Positions 1 through 8,060 of a stretch of DNA of 41,123 bases are shown here, piece after piece. Position numbers and translations under genes: made by a program. Source of the DNA: Patescibacteria group bacterium (GTDB lineage Bacteria > Patescibacteriota > Minisyncoccia > Phycocordibacterales > EsbW-18); contig JBBTUJ010000004.1 in assembly GCA_038063815.1 (NCBI GenBank), positions 1 to 41,123 on the forward strand. Direction: 5' to 3'. The notes beneath the pieces were generated by a model, which saw only the letters and a list, made by a program, of their open reading frames with translations, was not told the origin of the DNA and searched no databases. The stretch's first letter is position 1; each line of letters opens with the position of its first letter.

Positions 1-63
1 GAGGGTCTTTAACCTCGGAAACCCTTTGCAATAGGGCTTTTCTCGTGCTAATCTCTAAATCCT

Positions 64-564
64 ATGGCAGAAGACATGAAAACGGACATCGACGAGAACG
101 ACGACGAATCGCGCGTCTACGAGGTGTCTTTTCATATTGTCCCTTCGGGGGGCGAAGAGGGTGCACTTAAGGAATTTGAAGCAATTCGTACACTTCTTGA
201 ATCAAAGAAAGCCGTTATTCTCGGTCAGGAGGTGCCTCATTCGATGACGTTTGCGTATGAGATTCAAAAGGATATCGAGCGCAAGCGCCACACGTTCCCG
301 AATGGTTACTTCGGATGGTTTGTATTTGAAGCAACTCCAGAAGCGGCTCACTCGATCAAAGAGACGATGAACACGATGAATCCCGTCATCCGTTTTCTCT
401 TGGTGAAGACAGTTAAAGAAGCCGCTACTCCGCAGAAACACACATTCACTGCCACACAGACGGAAACACGAAGAGAGGCACCTCGTCGTAAAGAAGAGAA
501 ACCGGTTGGAGAGATGGATGTTGCAAAAGTCGACGCTGAGATCGCAAAACTCGTTGTTGAATAG
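64..564 (+). CDS. rpsF: 30S ribosomal protein S6
   Basis: YEVSFHI...FAYEI...GYFGWFVFE...VIRFLLVK pattern; first gene of the rpsF-ssb-rpsR block. Confidence 0.9.
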   Translation: MAEDMKTDIDENDDESRVYEVSFHIVPSGGEEGALKEFEAIRTLLESKKAVILGQEVPHSMTFAYEIQKDIERKRHTFPNGYFGWFVFEATPEAAHSIKETMNTMNPVIRFLLVKTVKEAATPQKHTFTATQTETRREAPRRKEEKPVGEMDVAKVDAEIAKLVVE

Positions 565-603
565 TTTTTATCGAGAATTTATCTACTTTTTGCTACCTTT
601 CTT

Positions 604-660
604 CCAAAACCAAACTAACTCCAACGACCAACTCCTAACCTCCAACCTCTAACTCCTATT
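604..660 (+). repeat. C/A-rich, nearly G-free heptad-like intergenic repeat
   Basis: CCAAACTAACT CCAACGA CCAACT CCTAACC TCCAACC TCTAACT; related to 1131-1230 and 21327-21438. Confidence 0.6.
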
Positions 661-665
661 TTTAT

Positions 666-1130
666 ATGTATTTAAATAAAGCACTCATCTTCGGCAACTT
701 GACCCGCGATCCGGAATTGAAGTCCCTCCCGTCGGGCTCATCGGTAACGACATTCAGTTTGGCAACGAACCGCGTGTGGAATGATCGTGAAGGGAAGCGC
801 CAAGAGTCGACGGAGTATCACAATATCGTTGTCTTCGGAAAGCAGGCAGAAACAACAGCCCAATACCTTCGTAAAGGATCCTCGGCTTTGATTGAAGGAA
901 GAATTGTCACACGAAGCTGGGATGCACAGGACGGCACGAAGAAATATCGCACGGAGATCGTTGCTGAGCGCGTACAATTCGGTCCTCGAAGTGCTGGTAC
1001 TGGCGCCGGACCAGCGCGTGACGCGGGCAGTGCTCCAGCAAAACAGGAATCACCAAAAGAAGAAGGTCCTGCAATCCAGTATCCTGACGCAGAGTCCGAG
1101 GGCATTAATCCTGAAGATATTCCATTTTAA
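666..1130 (+). CDS. ssb: Single-stranded DNA-binding protein
   Basis: LNKALIFGNLTRDPELK N-terminus; acidic C-terminal DIPF tail. Confidence 0.97.
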   Translation: MYLNKALIFGNLTRDPELKSLPSGSSVTTFSLATNRVWNDREGKRQESTEYHNIVVFGKQAETTAQYLRKGSSALIEGRIVTRSWDAQDGTKKYRTEIVAERVQFGPRSAGTGAGPARDAGSAPAKQESPKEEGPAIQYPDAESEGINPEDIPF

Positions 1131-1230
1131 ACCGACCACCTACAACCAACGACCAAACCCGCCAGGGGCGGGTAAGCCAAACTAAAACTAATCACTAACT
1201 TCTCACCGCTAACTCCCAATCCCCATTCCT
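1131..1230 (+). repeat. C/A-rich intergenic repeat element with internal hairpin
   Basis: Shares CCAAACTAAAAC(T/C)AATCACTAACT...CTCCCAATC...TCCT-ATG with 21391-21441. Confidence 0.65.
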
Positions 1231-1428
1231 ATGCAATGCTTTTTCACAAAACATCAGATTTCACACATCGACTATAAAGATACCGATCTTTTGCGTCAGT
1301 TCATCAATCCCTATGGTCGCTTGAAGACGCGCCGTTACACGGGTGTTTGCGGCAAGCACCAACGCGAACTTGCATCAGCCGTCAAACGCGCCCGTTTCAT
1401 GGGATTCCTTCCCTACATCATGAAATAA
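1231..1428 (+). CDS. rpsR: 30S ribosomal protein S18
   Basis: IDYKDTDLLRQFI...RRYTGVCGKHQRELASAVKRARFMGFLPY. Confidence 0.96.
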   Translation: MQCFFTKHQISHIDYKDTDLLRQFINPYGRLKTRRYTGVCGKHQRELASAVKRARFMGFLPYIMK

Positions 1429-1460
1429 CAAAACAGTCGCCTGAGGCGACTGTTTTGTTA
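1426..1460. terminator. Bidirectional intrinsic terminator between rpsR and efp
   Basis: TAACAAAACAGTCGCC-TGA-GGCGACTGTTTTGTTA, perfect inverted repeat between convergent genes. Confidence 0.85.
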
Positions 1461-2018
1461 TACGCGGGATGCGTATTCTCCTGTTTCAGTGTTTACTTCG
1501 ATCATGTCACCTTCCTCGACAAAGAGGGGGGTCGTGATAGTTGCTCCCGTTTCGAGCTTCACCAATTTGTTTCCGCCTTGGGATGTGTTGCCGCGCATGC
1601 TGGGCGGTGCCTCAACAACTTTAAATGTCATTTTGATGGGAAGACGGATGCCGATCGGTCGTTCATTGAAAAAAAGTCCCGTGATTTCTGTTTTTTCCTT
1701 AAGAAAACGTGTGTTATCTCCCAAAAGTTCGCTTGGAAGTGTCATGCGCGTTCCCGGATCTCCTGTTTTGTGGAACCACCACTCCCCCTTTGCGTTGTAG
1801 ATGTACATAAGTGGCACAGAATCAATCTCTGCCTCCTCTGCTTTTTCAGACACATGAAAAGAATACTCAGTTACCTTCCCGGTAATGAGATTTTTCAACT
1901 TCGTCGCGTTGACCGGTTTTCGTTGCTGTTTGTGGAAGACATGCGAATCAAGTACATCATACGGCTCGCCGTTCATGATGATGACCTTTCCCGGTCGGAC
2001 TTCGTTATATGTAAGCAT
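1458..2018 (-). CDS. efp: Elongation factor P
   Basis: KLKNLITG, RGNTSQGGNKLVKLETG, PLFVEEGDMIEVNTETGEYASR. Confidence 0.95.
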   Translation of the reverse strand: MLTYNEVRPGKVIIMNGEPYDVLDSHVFHKQQRKPVNATKLKNLITGKVTEYSFHVSEKAEEAEIDSVPLMYIYNAKGEWWFHKTGDPGTRMTLPSELLGDNTRFLKEKTEITGLFFNERPIGIRLPIKMTFKVVEAPPSMRGNTSQGGNKLVKLETGATITTPLFVEEGDMIEVNTETGEYASRV

Positions 2019-2092
2019 ACGTTAACAAAAAACGGCTCATCAAAGCCATTTGTAGAGCTTCACTTTAGCACCAGAAGGAAAGAGTCGGTATC

Positions 2093-2121
2093 TTGACTTC
2101 TTAACATATATGGTATATAAT
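2093..2121 (+). promoter_or_regulatory. Sigma70-type promoter
   Basis: TTGACT-17 nt-TATAAT. Confidence 0.75.
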
Positions 2122-2222
2122 ATGCTTCAGCAAAAGGGTTCTTTGAGAAAGGTTGCTTCGTGGTTTAAGGACATTTGCTTTAAGTGTTTTTTAACCACGA
2201 AGGTTAACCAAGGAGACCAAAC

Positions 2223-2462
2223 ATGCAGAAGCTGTCATTCTTCGTTCGAATCGCGCGAAGCCGGTTGGCGACGTTTGTCGCCACCGCCGTGGTGTTCGTT
2301 GCCGCGGTGTCACCCTTCATCCCCGGCGTCGGCAACCCCGACGCCAACCCGGCCGACGTTTTCTCGTGGACGGCGCGCTGCGCCGCCATGGGATTCGTCG
2401 GACTCTGCGTGATTTGCGTAGAGTCGCGCAAGAAGGGGGTGTTGCCGCTCACAAACGGGTAG
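2223..2462 (+). CDS. Small hypothetical membrane protein (2 predicted TM segments)
   Basis: Promoter plus AAGGAGA SD before the ATG; two hydrophobic stretches; hairpin downstream (~2514-2553). Confidence 0.6.
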   Translation: MQKLSFFVRIARSRLATFVATAVVFVAAVSPFIPGVGNPDANPADVFSWTARCAAMGFVGLCVICVESRKKGVLPLTNG

Positions 2463-2589
2463 CCTTTCCGCCAAGGAACGTCGTGATGACGCGCTGAGGC
2501 GGCCACAAGCTCACGACGGAAGCCCACAACGCTTCATCGTGGGCTTCTTTCGTTCCCGTATTTTGTCTTAACGCAAAAGTGAGCGTCCG

Positions 2590-3669
2590 CTATTCCGCCT
2601 TCAATTTTGCGCGAATCTCAGCGAGAAGTTTTTTCTTTACATCTTTATTCTCTCGCAGATAGGTTCGTGCCGCATCGTATCCGCGTCCGATTGTTTCACC
2701 CCCGTATTTGTATGATGCACCGCTTTTCTCCAGAAGTTCGTACTTTTCACCAAGCGCGAGCATTTCTCCTTCAAGTGAGATGCCTTCGTTGTATACCAAA
2801 TCGAATTCTGCTTGTTTGAATGGTGCCGCAACTTTGTTCTTCACAACTTTCACACGCACACGTCCTCCGACAACCTCTTCACCTTTTTTAATCTGTGCGA
2901 TGCGGCGTACATCGAGACGAACCGATGAATAGAATTTGAGAGCGTTTCCTCCCGGTGTCGTTTCAGGATTTCCGAACACAACACCAATTTTCATACGAAT
3001 CTGGTTGATAAAGATGACGATTGTCTTACTCTTCGCGACAATACCAGTCAATTTTCGAAGTGCCTGACTCATCAAACGTGCTTGTTTGCCCATGTGTTGC
3101 TGTCCCATCTCTCCCTCGATCTCATCTTTTGGAACAAGTGCCGCAACGGAGTCAATGACAACAACATCAATCTTGCCAGTACGCACCAAGGACTCAACGA
3201 TTTCAAGGGCCTGCTCTCCTGTGTCTGGCTGTGAAAGGAGAAGTTCCTCGATCTTCACACCAAGTTTTTTTGTGTATTCCGGATCCATCGCGTGCTCTGC
3301 GTCAACGAATGCGCAAATGCCGCCAGCTTTTTGTGCTTCGGCAACGACGTGGAGTGCGAGCGTTGTTTTTCCCGATGATTCAGGTCCGTAAATCTCGACA
3401 ACGCGTCCGCGGGGAAGTCCGCCGATGCCAAGCGCCGCATCCAAACCAAGAGATCCTGTTGAAACGGCTGCGATATCAACTCGCGGTCGATCACCAAGTT
3501 TCATAATCGAATCCTCGCCAAATTTTGTTTGAATTTGTCGGAGCGTCTCTTCGATGTTCGCCGCGGAGCGTCTGTTTTCCGGTTCTTCCTTGTCCGCTGG
3601 CTTTTTCGTCATCTTTTCTTCTGAAGGCGTTACCGGGGCGTCATTTTTTTGCTGTTTTTTGGGAGCCAT
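2590..3669 (-). CDS. recA: Recombinase A
   Basis: GPESSGKTT Walker [37 protein letters not shown]. Confidence 0.99.
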   Translation of the reverse strand: MAPKKQQKNDAPVTPSEEKMTKKPADKEEPENRRSAANIEETLRQIQTKFGEDSIMKLGDRPRVDIAAVSTGSLGLDAALGIGGLPRGRVVEIYGPESSGKTTLALHVVAEAQKAGGICAFVDAEHAMDPEYTKKLGVKIEELLLSQPDTGEQALEIVESLVRTGKIDVVVIDSVAALVPKDEIEGEMGQQHMGKQARLMSQALRKLTGIVAKSKTIVIFINQIRMKIGVVFGNPETTPGGNALKFYSSVRLDVRRIAQIKKGEEVVGGRVRVKVVKNKVAAPFKQAEFDLVYNEGISLEGEMLALGEKYELLEKSGASYKYGGETIGRGYDAARTYLRENKDVKKKLLAEIRAKLKAE

Positions 3670-3737
3670 ATGAGATTCTTATTAAGTTTTTTGTAGTAAG
3701 GTACCTCTCATTTTATCACGCTCGTATGAAATTTTCC

Positions 3738-4157
3738 TTAAGGTGTTGTAGTGGCCATTTCAGGTGTCGAGGTGCTCGAGGACGCTTCTCCTGAAATGGA
3801 AAATGACGTTTCAGGACGGTAAAAAATGAGGATTGTCTCTATCTCCACCTCTCCAAATCGATCGGTCGCGGTTATCGTTATGACATTCTTTCCGGAGAGG
3901 AGCGCCACGGGCTCATTAAACGCGCCGAGGTCGTTGACGAACATTACGCGTCCATTTACTGTCATCCCGAGGATGCGCTCTGCGCGTCCTTCTATATAGA
4001 TGAGGGAATCTGTCACGATGTCGCCGTTGCGCGGCGTTACCACTTCAATCCTTGGTCCGAGGAGATACCCACGTGCTTCAAAGAGGACATATCCGATGAT
4101 GGCGATACTCACCAGGAGGGCGGCGGTTCCGGAGAGCGTTCGTGGCGTTATTCTCAT
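3738..4157 (-). CDS. Membrane-anchored protein with Ig-like beta-sandwich domain
   Basis: N-terminal TM then GPRIEV...GKNVITITATDRFG; start moved to ATG 4157 because the upstream extension lies inside a MITE-like element. Confidence 0.7.
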   Translation of the reverse strand: MRITPRTLSGTAALLVSIAIIGYVLFEARGYLLGPRIEVVTPRNGDIVTDSLIYIEGRAERILGMTVNGRVMFVNDLGAFNEPVALLSGKNVITITATDRFGEVEIETILIFYRPETSFSISGEASSSTSTPEMATTTP

Positions 4158-4269
4158 CCCGTTAGAAGCAGGTCGCGGTCTCTGTTCCGCGCGGTTGCTG
4201 GCCAAAACGTAATAAGGTTTGTTTTATCATGAAGAAAATTAACGTATCGCGACCGCGGCTTCTAACGGG
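4158..4269. mobile_element. MITE-like element A (112 bp)
   Basis: Terminal inverted repeats CCCGTTAGAAGC / GCTTCTAACGGG; CTCAT direct repeats on both sides. Confidence 0.75.
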
Positions 4270-4275
4270 TCTCAT

Positions 4276-4393
4276 CCCGTTAGAGATAGGAAACGCAGAG
4301 CGTTTCCGTAGGATTATTTCTAAATATCAATAGGTTGCGTGACATGGTTATTTCGGAGAGTGTGCTCATACAAACTCTTGTATCTCTAACGGG
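4276..4393. mobile_element. MITE-like element B (118 bp)
   Basis: Perfect 13-bp terminal inverted repeats CCCGTTAGAGATA / TATCTCTAACGGG; CTCAT on both sides. Confidence 0.75.
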
Positions 4394-4395
4394 AC

Positions 4396-6621
4396 TCATA
4401 CTTCTTCCTCTGGTGGTCTAGCGGGAACTCCGTCGGGATGGGGGACAAGAACATCGCGTGGTTTTGATCCGTCAGCGGGTCCGATGATGCCGCGCTCTTC
4501 GAGAACATCCATCAAGCGTGCCGCACGTGAGTATCCGATGCGTAGTTTTCTCTGCAGATACGATGTTGACGCTTTTCCGGCGTGAACAACCGTCTCACGA
4601 GCTTCTTCAAACATCTCGTCATCAATCTCGTCTTCATCGTCTCCCCATGCGCTTCCGCCACTCCCACCCTTTGCCGCATCGAGGTCAATCGTCATCGAAA
4701 GATCCTCGTCATCGCTTTTGTGTTCACGCAAGAAATCAGTGACTTTTTTTACCTCGTCTTCCGAGATGTATGCTGATTGCAGACGTTTTGGTTTTCCCAT
4801 GTCGCCCGACATGAAGAGCATGTCACCTGCACCGAGAAGTTTTTCCGCACCCGATGCATCAAGAATGGTTCGTGAATCGATCTGGGAGGAGACCTGAAGC
4901 GCGACGCGTCCCGGGATGTTCGCCTTGATGAGTCCTGTGATGACGTTTACTGACGGGCGTTGTGTCGAGAGAATGAGGTGTATTCCGACAGCGCGGCTCA
5001 TCTGGGCCAAGCGCACGATCCCCGCTTCAAGTTCTCTCGGGTACATCGACATGATGTCCGCGAGCTCATCGATGACGAGGATGATGTACGGCATCGTCTC
5101 GGGCACATCTTCACCTTCTACAATGTCGCCACCTTTTGCTTTTTCGCGCGCAGGGCAGACAATCGTCGCGTGGTATGACGTAATGTCACGAACGCGTCTT
5201 TGTTCAAGGACGTTATACCTCCTCTCCATTTCAGATATCAACCACTTGAGCGCGAGTATCGCTTTCTTCGACTCTGTTATAACGGGTGTCAAAAGGTGCG
5301 GGATACCGTTGTAAAGCGTCAATTCAACTCGTTTTGGGTCAACGAGAACGAAGCGGAGCATCTCGGGGCTATTCCTGAAGAGAAGTGAGTTGATGAGCGC
5401 GTGGATGGTAACCGATTTTCCTGAGCCCGTCGCGCCGGCGATAAGGAGATGCGGCATCTTCACGAGGTTCGCAAAGAGAGGTTGCCCGTCAACGTCGCGT
5501 CCAAATGCAAGCGTTAGAGGATCGCGCGACTCCTGATATTCAGGGAACGAGAGAAGTGTTCCGAGACCCAATTTTGTTTTTGCAGAATTCGGCACCTCAA
5601 TCCCCACCAATGCTTTTCCCGGGATGGGAGCTTCGATGCGCACAGGGTGCGCGGCAAGCGCTAACTCGAGATTTCTCTGCAGTCCAAGAATTTTTGAGAT
5701 GCGAACACCCTCCGCCGGTTTCATCGCGTAGCGCGTGACCGAGGGACCAATCGCGATTTCATCCATCGCGACATCGATGCCGAAATTTTGGAGTGTTCGC
5801 TTGATGATGTTCGCATTCGCTTTGATGTCGCCAACGCCCGGTTTTCCGGAATCCTTCGCGAAAATCGAGAGGGGAGGTGGCGTGTACTCGCCGGTGTATG
5901 CGGCGAGAGAAAACCCCTCTTTCTTTTTCTTCCCGAACAGAGTTTCTTTTATTGTCGGTTCTTCAGATGTTTCTGTAACATTTTTTGCTACAGCACTTTG
6001 GGATACGGGTGCGGTCGCAGCGGGAAGTGCGTTGTCGATTCGCTCCTCCTCATCCTCCGTCAATTCTTTTGCGCCGACGTTTTTATCCTCGTTCTCAAGG
6101 CGTTCCCTACGCTTTTCTTGCCATGCGCGAAGTGTTGCCAAGGGATGCGTGTTGAAGAGTATCAAAAGAGAGATGCAGAAAACCGCGCCAAGAAGGACAC
6201 CTGCTCCGGGTGTGTCAAAGAGTCGCGCAAGCGGGTGCGCAATCCAACCCCCCAAAAGCCCTGCATGATTTGGTGCGAAGAGTTCGATAAGACCAAGACC
6301 TGTTGCACAGAAAAGAATTGACCCCAAGATATTCACAAGTGCCAGATTTGCTTTGACGGAATTCCAATAAGAGTACGCGAGAAGAATCATGAGTGTCGGC
6401 AGAAGGTAGTAGCCGACGCCAAGAAGTTTTCCAAGTATGTTGTACACGCGGCTTCCTACGATTCCGCCGTATCCATACGCAGCAAGAACGAAGAAAATAC
6501 CGATGACAAAAAAGACAACTGCTGAAATCGCGTACATTGTTTCTCGAGAAAGCCCAAACCGAGAAGAAGAAACATTTTTTTCATCATCACGATCTCTCGA
6601 TTTCTTTTTCTTTCGTTTCAT
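4396..6621 (-). CDS. ftsK: DNA translocase FtsK/SpoIIIE
   Basis: N-terminal TMs, PHLLIAGATGSGKS, IDELAD, STQRPSV, gamma domain STSYLQRKLRIGYSRAARLMD. Confidence 0.98.
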   Translation of the reverse strand: MKRKKKKSRDRDDEKNVSSSRFGLSRETMYAISAVVFFVIGIFFVLAAYGYGGIVGSRVYNILGKLLGVGYYLLPTLMILLAYSYWNSVKANLALVNILGSILFCATGLGLIELFAPNHAGLLGGWIAHPLARLFDTPGAGVLLGAVFCISLLILFNTHPLATLRAWQEKRRERLENEDKNVGAKELTEDEEERIDNALPAATAPVSQSAVAKNVTETSEEPTIKETLFGKKKKEGFSLAAYTGEYTPPPLSIFAKDSGKPGVGDIKANANIIKRTLQNFGIDVAMDEIAIGPSVTRYAMKPAEGVRISKILGLQRNLELALAAHPVRIEAPIPGKALVGIEVPNSAKTKLGLGTLLSFPEYQESRDPLTLAFGRDVDGQPLFANLVKMPHLLIAGATGSGKSVTIHALINSLLFRNSPEMLRFVLVDPKRVELTLYNGIPHLLTPVITESKKAILALKWLISEMERRYNVLEQRRVRDITSYHATIVCPAREKAKGGDIVEGEDVPETMPYIILVIDELADIMSMYPRELEAGIVRLAQMSRAVGIHLILSTQRPSVNVITGLIKANIPGRVALQVSSQIDSRTILDASGAEKLLGAGDMLFMSGDMGKPKRLQSAYISEDEVKKVTDFLREHKSDDEDLSMTIDLDAAKGGSGGSAWGDDEDEIDDEMFEEARETVVHAGKASTSYLQRKLRIGYSRAARLMDVLEERGIIGPADGSKPRDVLVPHPDGVPARPPEEEV

Positions 6622-6664
6622 GTGTTCATTTTATCACGAGAAGAGAGTTGCATCTCTCTCTACA

Positions 6665-6700
6665 GACATCCGATGTCCGATTTTTCGGACATCGGATGTC
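6665..6700. repeat. Nested palindrome (REP-like)
   Basis: GACATCCGATGTCCGA-TTTT-TCGGACATCGGATGTC; each arm is itself near-palindromic. Confidence 0.75.
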
Positions 6701-6836
6701 CTTTGGTGGGTTACAAAAAATGATTTGACAATGGCGCGCCTCTATTTTGTGCATCTCGATACGTTCTCTAACCCTTGTCTTTTAGATTTCGGAGGAGTAG
6801 TGTGTCTTTTATATTCATCACTCAAGGACAAGTGGT

Positions 6837-7613
6837 ATGTCCGATACAGAAAACAAAAAGACATCTCTCAAAGACACAGAAGGGGCCTCTCTCTCAGAAA
6901 TGCCCTCCACTTCTTATGACCTTGAGGAAGTATCTCAGAAGCTTGCAACTGCGCTCTATCTTGTGACCGGTCTTATGTCTGACGAAGAACCATTGAAATG
7001 GCATCTACGAAGGAAAGCAATCTCTCTCGTATCGGACACAGGAAGAGCGCTCCGTCTTTTCAAAATCGACAAAGAAGAAGATGTGCTCGCTTCACTTCAG
7101 ACATCATGTCGTGAGACGGTGTCCTTGATTAGGGTTTCAGCAATTTCAGGTATCGTTTCCACGATGAACGAAGAAATTATCGTGTTGCAAATGAACGCTT
7201 TCATGTCCGATATGAGAAGCATTCTTGAACGTGAGGATGGGAAGGGGGGGTTGATCAAAAAAATCCTTTCATACAAACGCCCGCTTCTGCTTGGGCGCCC
7301 AGAGAACAAGTACAATTTTTCTCAAGGACATTCTCAAGGACAGAGTTTTTCAAACCAAGCCGTTTTACCAAAGCAATCTGTCAAAAAAATAATCCTTCGG
7401 GTGCGACCTAACGGCAACGGTCTTGAAGGAAAGGCAAGAAAAGAAAAGATAACGGCTCTTGTCCGAGAGAAGGGGTCCGTTATGATAAAGGACATTGCGG
7501 GAGCAATACAGGATTGCAGTGAAAAAACGCTCCAGCGCGATCTTGGAGACCTCGTTCGTGAAGGTGTCCTTAAGCGAAAAGGAGAGCGCCGATGGACCGT
7601 CTATTTCGTGTAA
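6837..7613 (+). CDS. Putative DNA-binding protein: N-terminal helical bundle plus C-terminal DeoR-like winged helix
   Basis: C-terminus RKEKITALVREKGSVMIKDIA...SEKTLQRDLGDLVREGVLKRKG matches the DeoR-type wHTH pattern. Confidence 0.75.
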   Translation: MSDTENKKTSLKDTEGASLSEMPSTSYDLEEVSQKLATALYLVTGLMSDEEPLKWHLRRKAISLVSDTGRALRLFKIDKEEDVLASLQTSCRETVSLIRVSAISGIVSTMNEEIIVLQMNAFMSDMRSILEREDGKGGLIKKILSYKRPLLLGRPENKYNFSQGHSQGQSFSNQAVLPKQSVKKIILRVRPNGNGLEGKARKEKITALVREKGSVMIKDIAGAIQDCSEKTLQRDLGDLVREGVLKRKGERRWTVYFV

Positions 7614-7748
7614 TAAATCGCCTACCTGTTCGTCTTCATATATAGAGCAGAAAAGACGGTTATACGATTGTACGAAGGGCTTTCTCGTGCTATATTTTGA
7701 TATCCCAATGTAGGGGTATCACCCTCTCTTAAAAAGGGCTTGTAGTAT

Positions 7749-7757
7749 TTATCCACA
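7749..7757 (+). promoter_or_regulatory. Consensus DnaA box (single)
   Basis: TTATCCACA upstream of a TATAAT at ~7787. Confidence 0.4.
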
Positions 7758-8060
7758 AGCGATTTTGAGTGGAGTGGGCAGAGCACTATAATGATTTCGT
7801 GATGCAAGCGACGCATTTGGTATGCGTTCTTTGCAGGCGAATGATTGCAGTGCAAGAAACAGAGAAGCACATTGACAACTCCATACCCCGGTAGTGAAAT
7901 CCCGAACGCTTCCACGAAAGAGCGGCATTACTGTGTGTCAGTATTCGTATCTCGAAACTAGACGGTGATGAGGCGGACGAGAGATCGTTCGAAGCATTTC
8001 CGATTAGTGATTAATTTTATTAGTAGGGTTATTAGTAAATCAAAAATTTACAAACAGAAT

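Noticed and set aside
1-63. S6:S18-binding leader RNA upstream of rpsF
   Set aside because: Truncated by the window edge, and I could not identify the conserved structure.
1347-2096. Long alternative ORFs antisense to core genes (also 14107-14919, 38221-39000, 5735-6321)
   Set aside because: They overlap confidently identified genes on the other strand and have no motifs.
4158-4205. N-terminal extension MASNRAEQRPRPASNG
   Set aside because: It is encoded by the MITE-like element; the ATG at 4157 is the better start.
7622-7800. Replication origin
   Set aside because: Only one perfect DnaA box; no box cluster and no dnaA/dnaN in the window.
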